From a virus, in the IMG/VR virus record IMGVR_UViG_3300022670_000072, positions 1 through 36,941 of that record: 36,941 nucleotides of DNA; one strand, given 5' to 3'. Below are positions 17,622-24,913 of the stretch, piece after piece. The notes under the pieces are model-generated. The model made no database searches and was not told the DNA's origin. It saw nothing but the letters and a program-made list of their open reading frames with translations. Both the position numbers and the translations under genes were made by a program. The stretch's first letter is position 1. The number at the start of each line of letters is the position of its first letter.

Positions 17622-18554
17622 TTACTGCTCTAAATAATTTTTAGCATCATCACCAAACTCTGCAAACAAGTCGGTAATCATTCGGTTTAATTCGCCAGCC
17701 ATCAAAGTAAAATCAGCCGTAATTTTAGCGCTCAAATCATCGAGATCAATATCATCATTTTGCTCAACAATCACATCAAAGAACTTAATACGCTTAATTG
17801 ATAAATCATCGCTTAGCATGAATGACATTGTTTCGTCGTATTCAAGTGCAATTTTAGTGACGTATTGGTCTGCATCTAAATGCGCTTTAACTTCCTCACC
17901 TAATAAGTCCTGATTCTTAACGGTAGCACTAGCACTCTGATCACCTAATGAATTGAAATGAGCTTCCATACCAAGAGAGAATAAGTTAGATTTTATAAAT
18001 CTCTCGGTACTATCAATTGTTAACCATTCCGTCATTGTTTCATCAGGGCAAATTTCAGGTGACGGGCTTGTCACAGGCAAAGTACCAAGAGTTTTACGAA
18101 GTAGCGCAAGTAAGTCTTCAGCTTTACCGCGGCTTGATGTATTGATCACAATAACATTTTCTTTAGCGTTGATATAAGCGTGAGTATCGGTAACACGATT
18201 AAAAGCGCGCGGTAACAATTCAAAAATAACATCCTCCTTCATTTGCTCACGTTCTTTTTTAGTTGGAGATCTTCCATATTGAGTTTCAAACGTTTCAATC
18301 CAACTTTCTAGCTCATCTTTAATGACTGGCGCTGGTAAAATCTTCTCTTCGCTGCGAGCGCAAATCAATACATTACCGTTTGATTCGGTAGTTAATAAGC
18401 TGCCTTTGCCTAGCGACTCAGACCAGCCAAAATGACGAAGCTCAGTTGAACCTAACGGTGTAAATGTGCATTCCTGCATATGTCTATTAAGGTCTAATTC
18501 AGTAGTAGTAAATGGACGGGTAAAGGCGAATACGAATATATTTTTAAAAAACAT
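17622..18554 (-). CDS. rdgC: Recombination-associated protein RdgC
   Basis: 310 aa, colinear with E. coli RdgC. Shared stretches include MFFKNIFVF..., FTPLGS...GW, NGNVLICARSEEKILPAPVIKDEL, LLPRAFNRV, KAEDLLALLRKTLGTLPV, KRIKF and FTLMAGEL. Confidence 0.92.
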   Translation of the reverse strand: MFFKNIFVFAFTRPFTTTELDLNRHMQECTFTPLGSTELRHFGWSESLGKGSLLTTESNGNVLICARSEEKILPAPVIKDELESWIETFETQYGRSPTKKEREQMKEDVIFELLPRAFNRVTDTHAYINAKENVIVINTSSRGKAEDLLALLRKTLGTLPVTSPSPEICPDETMTEWLTIDSTERFIKSNLFSLGMEAHFNSLGDQSASATVKNQDLLGEEVKAHLDADQYVTKIALEYDETMSFMLSDDLSIKRIKFFDVIVEQNDDIDLDDLSAKITADFTLMAGELNRMITDLFAEFGDDAKNYLEQ

Positions 18555-18696
18555 TTTAATCTCTCTTCTGTGGGTTGGTTGTATTTATTAACTGACACCT
18601 AGTATAAACAACTATATTAACTTTGCAACAACTTTTCATTGAAAGTTATTAATTCATGTGCAATAATTAACTCAACTTAAATAAGAGGTATAAATT
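18555..18696. promoter_or_regulatory. Divergent control region between the rdgC operon and the replication operon
   Basis: The rightward candidate is TTGAAA(18639)-17-AATAAT with an upstream TG. The leftward candidate is TTGCAA-16-TATACT and uses the palindromic TTGCAA at 18623-18628. Three copies of ATTAACT lie at 18587, 18616 and 18666. Confidence 0.4.
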
Positions 18697-18846
18697 ATGG
18701 ATAAGAAAGTAAGGGGTTCATTTCAAATGTTAGAATCGACAAAAAAGGCAATTGATAAAGCAGCTAGTAAGGAAGGAAGAACATTTAATAATATGCTTGA
18801 GCAATTAGCAAAAAGAGCCATTGAAAACAAATTGGTTCAGGCATAA
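18697..18846 (+). CDS. Ribbon-helix-helix (Arc/CopG-like) DNA-binding protein (49 aa)
   Basis: MDKKVRGSFQMLESTKKAIDKAASKEGRTFNNMLEQLAKRAIENKLVQA has a beta-strand then two helices. AAGAGG precedes the start. It is the first gene of the rightward operon. Confidence 0.6.
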   Translation: MDKKVRGSFQMLESTKKAIDKAASKEGRTFNNMLEQLAKRAIENKLVQA

Positions 18847-18900
18847 AAAACCGCGTCTTGGCGATAGCGGCTTAATCAATTAGTAGAAAGGAATTATATC

Positions 18901-19152
18901 ATGGGTAGATTTAGAATTTATAAAAGATTAATGGATGTGTTCGTAAAAGGCGAGCTCATTCGTATAAAAGAAACTGGCGAAGTATTAACTTATGAGAGCT
19001 CAACAGGCGGTGCTAATTTTAGTTCTTACTTGGTCGTTAATGTTGGCGGTACGCTAATTGATTGGCGTAGAAGTTTACATGTTGATGACGTGGAAAAGAT
19101 GACTATTTCCGGCGGTGTAGAAGATGACTTTAAATCACTGAGGAATAAATAA
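18901..19152 (+). CDS. Hypothetical protein
   Basis: 83-aa ORF with GAAAGGA upstream. Confidence 0.55.
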   Translation: MGRFRIYKRLMDVFVKGELIRIKETGEVLTYESSTGGANFSSYLVVNVGGTLIDWRRSLHVDDVEKMTISGGVEDDFKSLRNK

Positions 19153-19153
19153 C

Positions 19154-19918
19154 ATGAGCGCTAAATATACGTTTCTAGCGTGGGATACACCAGTAAAGGA
19201 CGCTTCAACAAAGCTTGCTCTTTTGCAGCTAGCAAACAACGCCGATGATGATGGCTTTAGTTATTATTCAATATCAAAAATGGCTTTATCTTGTGATATG
19301 AGTGATAGAACATTCATGAGAAAAATCAAAACTCTTGAAGAATTAAAAGTATTAACAGTTGAAAGGAGAGCAAATAGGCCGTCACTTTATACTTTAGTTG
19401 GTGACGAAATGGGGGTGACACTTTGTCACTTACAAAATACTGAGGTGACAGGTTGTCACCCTGAGGTGACAGGTTGTCACCCTGAGGTGACAGGTTGTCA
19501 CCCTGAGGTGACAGGTTGTCACTTAGTAGGTGACAGATTGTCACACGATCTTAACAGTACTCCTAACACTACTCTTAACAGTAGTAATAAGATAATAGCC
19601 GCCAAGGCTCCAAAGTTTAAATTCAAAGGCGTGCTTATTAGATTAGGAGCAGACAAAGAAGTTGTTAGCGATTGGATGGAAGTTAGAAAAAAGAAAAAGG
19701 CTTCTAATACTAAAACGGCTATGAAGTTATTTCTAACTCAGGTTAAAAAATCAGGACATACAGTTTCACAAGCTGTAGAGATTGCCGCCGGTAAAAGTTG
19801 GTCAGGCTTTCAGGCTTCTTGGTGTGCAAACATAAAGAAAGATGAAAACAAAAACAAAGACGTTATGCAAATTTCAGCAGATAGCAGCTGGGAGGACGGA
19901 ATAAATGAAATCTTCTAA
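19154..19918 (+). CDS. Replication initiator (lambda O-like, N-terminal winged HTH)
   Basis: 254 aa. The N-terminus ...LALLQLANNADDDGFSYYSISKMALSCDMSDRTFMRKIKTLEELKVLTVERRANRPSLYTL is typical of phage replication-initiator HTH domains. It contains the iteron array and precedes the P-like gene. Confidence 0.8.
   Translation: MSAKYTFLAWDTPVKDASTKLALLQLANNADDDGFSYYSISKMALSCDMSDRTFMRKIKTLEELKVLTVERRANRPSLYTLVGDEMGVTLCHLQNTEVTGCHPEVTGCHPEVTGCHPEVTGCHLVGDRLSHDLNSTPNTTLNSSNKIIAAKAPKFKFKGVLIRLGADKEVVSDWMEVRKKKKASNTKTAMKLFLTQVKKSGHTVSQAVEIAAGKSWSGFQASWCANIKKDENKNKDVMQISADSSWEDGINEIF
19414..19545 (+). repeat. Origin-of-replication iterons: six copies of GGTGACA-NNN-TGTCAC(C)
   Basis: The inverted-repeat unit GGTGACAGGTTGTCACC starts at 19444, 19465 and 19486, and as GGTGACAGGTTGTCACT at 19507, on a 21-bp period. 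Degenerate copies start at 19414 (spacer CTT) and 19529 (spacer GAT). Three 12-bp units CYTAACASTA follow at 19550, 19562 and 19574. Confidence 0.8.
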
Positions 19919-20648
19919 CATGGTAAACATGAAGGACTTAGTTAGTAATTTAAATATTACCGAGCATCAAGAAAAAGAAATTGTTGTCGATGCTTTTGCT
20001 AAAAACATAATCAATAAAGTATTTAAAGAATTATCGTTGATTTTACCGGCTTGGCAATATGCTTGGAAAAGTGACGATCCAGAAAACCCCGACAAGATTT
20101 TAAACGCTGCCAAACAACAATGGACTAAAGCCTTTATTGAAAACGATATCTGTACTTTAGAGCAAATAAAATTCGGGTTTGCCAAAGCAAGAGCTTACGA
20201 GAGTGACTTTGTGCCAAGCTGCGGTAAATTCGTTTCCTGGTGTAATCCATCACCTGAAGACTTAGGCTACCCAAGTGAGCAACGCGCCTCAATGCTTTGT
20301 GTATCGTACAGAGCCAAGTTAAAACTCAACCTACCTACGCACACTAGACCGTTGATAATGGAACTCTGCAAACGTGTTGACTGGTTTCTAATGAATACAG
20401 CTATCACGCAGCCGGAACATAAAAAAGCCGAAGCGCACTTTAAAGCTGAATACATGTCATTAATTAATTCAGGATATCAAGAACCACCAGAAAGCTCTGA
20501 GCCTCGATTAGAGACTGCCGAAGTTGTGGTTGATAGAATGAGTCCAGAACAATTAGAAAGTCGCAAGAATCGCGGTTTAAACTGCATGAGTGACGTAAGA
20601 AAGGCTTTGGTACAGGCTAATAGGAATAAATTGAATGAAAAGAATTAA
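19905..20648 (+). CDS. Replication protein P-like helicase loader
   Basis: 247 aa. ...QQWTKAFIENDICTLEQIKFGFAKARAYESDFVPSCGKFVSWC... parallels lambda P ...RQWVLAFRENGITTMEQVNAGMRVARRQNRPFLPSPGQFVAWC... Confidence 0.88.
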   Translation: MKSSNMVNMKDLVSNLNITEHQEKEIVVDAFAKNIINKVFKELSLILPAWQYAWKSDDPENPDKILNAAKQQWTKAFIENDICTLEQIKFGFAKARAYESDFVPSCGKFVSWCNPSPEDLGYPSEQRASMLCVSYRAKLKLNLPTHTRPLIMELCKRVDWFLMNTAITQPEHKKAEAHFKAEYMSLINSGYQEPPESSEPRLETAEVVVDRMSPEQLESRKNRGLNCMSDVRKALVQANRNKLNEKN

Positions 20649-20811
20649 ACCACACAAGTTCGGCAAGAAGCTTTATAGACCAAGACATAAAAAGTTGAGG
20701 CTTCGTAAAAACATACAAGGTTACCGGCATGAAGAATTTTATGTACAAAGATGTTACGCGATGAGACAGGGTTGTTATTACTACCCTAGCAAATACTTAG
20801 CATTAAGATAA
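20635..20811 (+). CDS. Small basic protein (58 aa), speculative
   Basis: MKRIKPHKFGKKLYRPRHKKLRLRKNIQGYRHEEFYVQRCYAMRQGCYYYPSKYLALR. The ATG overlaps the end of the P-like gene. Confidence 0.35.
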   Translation: MKRIKPHKFGKKLYRPRHKKLRLRKNIQGYRHEEFYVQRCYAMRQGCYYYPSKYLALR

Positions 20812-20850
20812 ACCGCATGAATCGCATAATTAAAAACAGGGTGAATAATA

Positions 20851-21138
20851 ATGAAAGTTGAATTGAATAGTTTAAACATAACTAACGATGTACCGAGAAG
20901 GGGTGACACGTTAATAATAAGAACTAAAAAGTCAGGCATGGAGCAAATACTGGTTTTAGTTAAGGACGTTATTAATACGGGTGACGGATATGAAATAATA
21001 CTAAACAAAAGCACTAACTCTTATTTTATATGGGATATGTATTCAAAGGGCGAAAGCTGGGTTTGGCGTGTTTGGAATCTCGGAAGTATAACGCACACGG
21101 CATCAACAAATAATACTAACAGCTTAATTGAGTTGTAG
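20851..21138 (+). CDS. Hypothetical protein
   Basis: 95-aa ORF on the operon strand. Confidence 0.55.
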   Translation: MKVELNSLNITNDVPRRGDTLIIRTKKSGMEQILVLVKDVINTGDGYEIILNKSTNSYFIWDMYSKGESWVWRVWNLGSITHTASTNNTNSLIEL

Positions 21139-21173
21139 CGTATCTAAAGAACAGTAAATAAAGGGATTATAAA

Positions 21174-21800
21174 ATGAAGATTTTGGTAGCATGTGAAGAA
21201 AGCCAGGCGGTAACAATTGAACTGCGTAAGTTAGGTCATGAGGCTTTTAGTTGTGACATTGATGATTGTTCAGGTGGTCACCCTGAGTGGCACATTAAAG
21301 GCGATGTGCTGGCAGTATTGAATGATGGGTGGGATATGATGGTTGCTCACCCGCCTTGCACTAGACTAACTAATGCCGGAAGAAGATGGATGCACTTACC
21401 GCCAAAAGGTAAAACAATGGTTGAAATGTGGCGAGAGTTCTTTTTTGGTGTTGAGTTTTATGAGGCCATTCGGGCGGCAAACATACCTAAGATAGCAATA
21501 GAAAACCCTGTAATGCACGACCATGCTCGGGAGGTACTAGGAAAGCACAATAGAAATATAGTTCAGCCTTGGTGGTTTGGTGAAGAAATGTTTAAGGCTA
21601 CTGGATTTGAATTAAAAGGATTGGAGCCGTTAATAGCCACTGATAAATTAACGCCTCCTAAACCAGGAACCGATGAACATAAAAAATGGTCATTTATTCA
21701 CAGAATGTCACCTGGCCCAGAGCGAACAAGGCTAAGAAGTAAAACGCCAATCGGTATAGCTAAAGCAATGGCTGAGCAATGGGCTGGTAAAGTTAAATAA
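21174..21800 (+). CDS. Short DNA (cytosine-5)-methyltransferase-like protein
   Basis: 208 aa. Recognisable motifs are GDV (motif III-like), HPPCTRLTNAG (motif IV PC) and IAIENPV (motif VI ENV). The position of the FxGxG SAM loop reads ACEESQ, and there is no room for a target-recognition domain. Confidence 0.55.
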   Translation: MKILVACEESQAVTIELRKLGHEAFSCDIDDCSGGHPEWHIKGDVLAVLNDGWDMMVAHPPCTRLTNAGRRWMHLPPKGKTMVEMWREFFFGVEFYEAIRAANIPKIAIENPVMHDHAREVLGKHNRNIVQPWWFGEEMFKATGFELKGLEPLIATDKLTPPKPGTDEHKKWSFIHRMSPGPERTRLRSKTPIGIAKAMAEQWAGKVK

Positions 21801-21825
21801 CCCATCTAATAAACATACATAAACA

Positions 21826-21856
21826 ACCTATACACGTTATTAAAATGTGTATAGGT
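21826..21856 (+). other. Perfect 10-bp stem-loop in an intergenic gap
   Basis: ACCTATACAC-gttattaaaat-GTGTATAGGT. No clean T-tract follows. Confidence 0.4.
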
Positions 21857-21887
21857 AATTAAATAATTTATACAAGAGGACTATAAG

Positions 21888-22082
21888 ATGATAACAACCG
21901 AGGAAATAATTAAAGATTGGGTTTATGTTAGTAACACTGAAGCTAACGGAAAGCATTGCCACGATGAAAAAAGCGACAGGTCCGCGGTAGTATACTCCGG
22001 TAACACAAAAGTATTCAGCCGTAGAATAAAGGGGCTTAGAGGTAATTTTCCGGCAGCATATGAAGGTGTGGATTATATTTAA
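21888..22082 (+). CDS. Hypothetical protein
   Basis: 64-aa ORF with AGAGGA upstream. It is the last gene before the terminators. Confidence 0.5.
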   Translation: MITTEEIIKDWVYVSNTEANGKHCHDEKSDRSAVVYSGNTKVFSRRIKGLRGNFPAAYEGVDYI

Positions 22083-22150
22083 ATAACTATGCTACACTAA
22101 AGCCATAACATTACCCGACAGGTTTCGTTATTACTCTCCTTGGTTGCAAA

Positions 22151-22179
22151 GCATCAGATTAATTACCTGGTGCTTTTTT
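22151..22179 (+). terminator. Intrinsic terminator
   Basis: GCATCAG-attaattac-CTGGTGC (one G.U pair) followed by TTTTTT. Confidence 0.55.
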
Positions 22180-22193
22180 ATGTGTGCAATTTG

Positions 22194-22226
22194 AACTATC
22201 CGGAACTTCCGGATAGTTGAATTTTT
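22194..22226 (+). terminator. Second hairpin with a T-run (12-bp perfect palindrome)
   Basis: AACTATCCGGAA-c-TTCCGGATAGTT, then GAATTTTT. Confidence 0.5.
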
Positions 22227-22229
22227 GGC

Positions 22230-22255
22230 AAAAGAAAACCTCAATTAAGAGGCTT
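22230..22255 (-). terminator. Intrinsic terminator for the leftward 22.3-23.6 kb operon
   Basis: The minus strand reads AAGCCTC-ttaatt-GAGGTTT followed by TCTTTTGCC. It lies 21 nt after the stop at 22276. Confidence 0.45.
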
Positions 22256-22275
22256 AGTTCTATGGGTTAAAGTAG

Positions 22276-22635
22276 TTAGTCCTTATGTGCTTCTATGATT
22301 GCAAGTAGTATTGCTTTGTTGAATGTAACGGCAGTAACCCAGCCCTGAACGCCTCTTATGCAAACATTGAATTGACCGCAATAAGGGTTTGACCAACGCC
22401 AAACCTTATACTTAACCATAAGCTGAAAACATAAAGCATCATCAGTTAATGGGTTGTACGTATTGTGCTTAAAGTATTCTGATTCTAAAGCTATATTTCG
22501 CGCTGAAGATCCATGTAACTTGCCGCTGTAATAATGTTTCTTTATAGCAATCCTTTGAATATCAAAAGTCTTTGAGTGAATAACCTCGACACCTTCAATC
22601 TCTGCTATACGCTTACATATCGCTAAGTTATCCAT
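22276..22635 (-). CDS. DUF2591/NinX-like phage protein
   Basis: MDNLAICKRIAEIEG...YNPLTDDALCFQLMVKYKV... is typical of that family. The ORF is open to 22656, but ATG 22635 follows AAGGAG and overlaps the upstream stop. Confidence 0.6.
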   Translation of the reverse strand: MDNLAICKRIAEIEGVEVIHSKTFDIQRIAIKKHYYSGKLHGSSARNIALESEYFKHNTYNPLTDDALCFQLMVKYKVWRWSNPYCGQFNVCIRGVQGWVTAVTFNKAILLAIIEAHKD

Positions 22636-22795
22636 AGTTATAACACTCCTTATCAAAATCTAACACTTTGGCATCTTCAGCATGAGTTAATTGAATGTCA
22701 CGGCGCTCACGTGCTTTGATTCTATTCCAGGCTAATCTAATTACTGATATGTTTGCTTTAGTTTGAAGTTGTTCGGCTAATTGAGTTTGTGACAT
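22628..22795 (-). CDS. Small hypothetical protein (55 aa)
   Basis: MSQTQLAEQLQTKANISVIRLAWNRIKARERRDIQLTHAEDAKVLDFDKECYNYG. It fills the gap between two operon genes. Confidence 0.45.
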   Translation of the reverse strand: MSQTQLAEQLQTKANISVIRLAWNRIKARERRDIQLTHAEDAKVLDFDKECYNYG

Positions 22796-22797
22796 GG

Positions 22798-23397
22798 TTA
22801 ATACTCGCTTATTTTATAGTTAAGTAATGCTGATTTAAGTGGTTCGGTTTGTTGTAGTGCTACACCTGCTATTAGTTTGTATTTGTAATCACAGTAAGCG
22901 TTGTGAGCTTCTTGCTCTGTAATAAAAACCCCCAAGTGAACTTGTTTTCGGTTTCCGTCGTTACAGATAGATACAAACTTATTTCCGCTCTTGCTGGATG
23001 TTACTCCTACCTTGTACTTTCCTCTCAATGATTTTCTTGTTGTGGTTAATGTGTTTATTTTCTTATCCACAAAAATACAATATAAAGGCGAATAGATTTT
23101 ATTTCCTTGCGTGAGTAGATCTTTATCCAGCTCTTTACCTTTCCAATCCTGCTTTTCCATCCACTCTTTAAAGTTAGAGAATGTTAACCACTCACTACAA
23201 ACGGTGCACCCTTTATATGTTGGTTGTCTAGATTGGTATTCGCTTGAGTAACATCGCCTTAACATACCAACCCACCTACCGTAATAATTGCAAATGACAT
23301 TGCCGTTGGCTGATCTTGTTAATACCTTATAGTCTGCGTCATTTATACCTACACCTTGAACTAGGGACTTTCTGACCGCTAATGACTTTCTTAACAT
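22798..23397 (-). CDS. AP2-domain DNA-binding protein of the HNH/homing-endonuclease-associated family
   Basis: 199 aa. The N-terminus is GVGINDADYKV...CNYYGRWVGMLRRCYS...CTVCSEWLTFSNFKEWM. The C-terminus KYKVGV...NKFVSICNDGNRKQVHLGVFITEQEAHNAY is an AP2-type sheet plus helix. Confidence 0.6.
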   Translation of the reverse strand: MLRKSLAVRKSLVQGVGINDADYKVLTRSANGNVICNYYGRWVGMLRRCYSSEYQSRQPTYKGCTVCSEWLTFSNFKEWMEKQDWKGKELDKDLLTQGNKIYSPLYCIFVDKKINTLTTTRKSLRGKYKVGVTSSKSGNKFVSICNDGNRKQVHLGVFITEQEAHNAYCDYKYKLIAGVALQQTEPLKSALLNYKISEY

Positions 23398-23399
23398 AA

Positions 23400-23591
23400 T
23401 TATTTAAGCTCCGCTTTTAACTGATAACCCATGCAGTCAAGTAATTCGACCACAACCCTTATACCAACGTTTTCATCGTTGATTGCTCTTGCTACTGTTC
23501 CGTACTTGACACCGGTTAGTTTGTGCAGCTCAGTAGCGTTCTTAATTCCCTTATTTGCCATGGCCGTTAATAGTAGTGTTGAAATCTTCAT
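23400..23591 (-). CDS. XRE/Cro-like helix-turn-helix regulator
   Basis: 63 aa. ...GIKNATELHKLTGVKYGTVARAINDEN... is a classic HTH. It is the first gene of the leftward unit from a divergent control region. Confidence 0.75.
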   Translation of the reverse strand: MKISTLLLTAMANKGIKNATELHKLTGVKYGTVARAINDENVGIRVVVELLDCMGYQLKAELK

Positions 23592-23725
23592 GTTGTTCCT
23601 TCTTTATTAAGTTGAGGTAATATTAAATTAATTTGATAAATATAGCAAATAATACTTGATATATGATTAAAATGATTTAAGATTGGTCGTATTGAAACAG
23701 CAGCAACTAACAAGTGAGAGAGATT
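23592..23725. promoter_or_regulatory. Divergent control region (candidate back-to-back promoters plus repeated TTGATAWAT)
   Basis: The leftward candidate is TTGCTA (23648-23643), a 17-nt spacer, then TAATAT (23625-23620). The rightward candidate is TTGATA (23656), a 16-nt spacer, then TAAGAT (23678). TTGATAAAT starts at 23633 and TTGATATAT at 23656. Confidence 0.4.
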
Positions 23726-23992
23726 ATGAATACATTGGATAAAGCGAAATTGCACTACTCAAAAAATGCAGATTTAAAAGTTGTACTTGAAGATATGATT
23801 GACAGCTTAAATCGCTATGACGGTGATATGAGTAATGTCGGCATGGAATACATTATCGGTAAAATATTTGGCGGCGAACTTAAATTAACATTCAGCCCCG
23901 ATGCTTCAATATATGACGTTCTTGAAACTGACGGCGTTGACGGCTTTGGATATTGCGCGGTAATTGAATTAACGGAGAGTAACAATGATTAA
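23726..23992 (+). CDS. Hypothetical protein
   Basis: 88 aa from ATG 23726, which follows GAGAGAG. The ORF track starts it at an upstream GTG at 23714. Confidence 0.55.
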   Translation: MNTLDKAKLHYSKNADLKVVLEDMIDSLNRYDGDMSNVGMEYIIGKIFGGELKLTFSPDASIYDVLETDGVDGFGYCAVIELTESNND

Positions 23993-24167
23993 CCTAAACG
24001 AATTACCCCAGGATAAGAAAGGCAAGGAAGAGCATTTATTAGCTAGAAAACTTCAGTTATTAGAATTGATTTCAGAAATGACAACCAGCCAACTAGTTAC
24101 ACCCGCTCAAGTTCACGGGTTAATGTGGTCAACTATTGAAGAAATTGACGGGATGCTTGATGAATAA
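23985..24167 (+). CDS. Hypothetical protein
   Basis: 60-aa ORF overlapping its neighbours by a few nt. Confidence 0.5.
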   Translation: MINLNELPQDKKGKEEHLLARKLQLLELISEMTTSQLVTPAQVHGLMWSTIEEIDGMLDE

Positions 24168-24300
24168 TTACCACGACCAATCAGAAAGCGAGCCGGCTGA
24201 GTGTAGTGAATGCCATAGCTCAATGACTGAGCATTTGAATAACGTATTAGAGTGTGACGAGTGTTCACACCTAGAATTTAAGGATGATAGTAATGAGTAA
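24160..24300 (+). CDS. Zinc-ribbon protein (46 aa)
   Basis: MNNYHDQSESEPAECSECHSSMTEHLNNVLECDECSHLEFKDDSNE carries CSEC...CDEC. It bridges the gap to erf. Confidence 0.45.
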   Translation: MNNYHDQSESEPAECSECHSSMTEHLNNVLECDECSHLEFKDDSNE

Positions 24301-24913
24301 TGTATTAAATATTTATCAGCGCATAAATGCAGTAATGAAAACCGTTGAGTACGTTCAAAAAGACAGCTCAATATCAGGAGGTGGCGCAAACTATAAAGCG
24401 GTATCTCACGACCAAGTAATATCAGTGCTTCGTAAAGAAATGGTTAACCAAGGTATAATGATGTTCCCTAACCAAACAAGCGGCGAGTTTTTAATTAAGC
24501 GCGACCTATCAGCAACACCACCTATTAAGATGGGGCTTTACACTGGCACTTATGAGATTACCTTTGTAAATATTGATGTTGCTATGGGTAGTGATAAGGT
24601 AACGGTTACTGTTCAGGCTCATGCAAGCGATAACGGAGATAAAGCACCAGGTAAGGCGTTAAGTTATGCAACTAAAGCCGCTATGCTTAAAACATTCATC
24701 CTTGAAACTGGCGAGAATGACGAAAGCCGCGAAGAGCAACGCGATTTTAATTTAATTACTGCCGCACAAGTTGATCAATTATTCCCGTTACTTTGTGACT
24801 CGAACGGGCAGTACACAGAAAAAGGTTCAAAGGTTTGCCGAGCATTCAAGTTTCAAAACCTAAGTGAAATTAAATCTAAAAAGTTTGCTGAAATATTAAG
24901 GTTCGCATCATAA
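24293..24913 (+). CDS. erf: ERF-family single-strand annealing protein
   Basis: MSNVLNIYQRINAVMKTVEYVQKD...ANYKAVSHDQVISVLRKEMVNQGIMMFPN... is the ERF N-terminal pattern. AAGGA lies 8 nt before ATG 24293; the ORF track starts it at 24284. Confidence 0.8.
   Translation: MSNVLNIYQRINAVMKTVEYVQKDSSISGGGANYKAVSHDQVISVLRKEMVNQGIMMFPNQTSGEFLIKRDLSATPPIKMGLYTGTYEITFVNIDVAMGSDKVTVTVQAHASDNGDKAPGKALSYATKAAMLKTFILETGENDESREEQRDFNLITAAQVDQLFPLLCDSNGQYTEKGSKVCRAFKFQNLSEIKSKKFAEILRFAS

Noticed and set aside
19326-19544. 72-aa minus-strand ORF with GDNLSPQ repeats. I also considered whether the 21-bp repeat array could be a CRISPR or a protein-repeat gene.
   Set aside because: The ORF is the antisense reading of the origin iterons. 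The repeats are contiguous with no spacers and lie inside the initiator gene, so they are iterons rather than a CRISPR array.
20781-21014. 77-aa minus-strand ORF overlapping the start of the 95-aa plus-strand gene.
   Set aside because: It lies on the opposite strand to the surrounding operon, has no signals, and is an AT-rich shadow frame.
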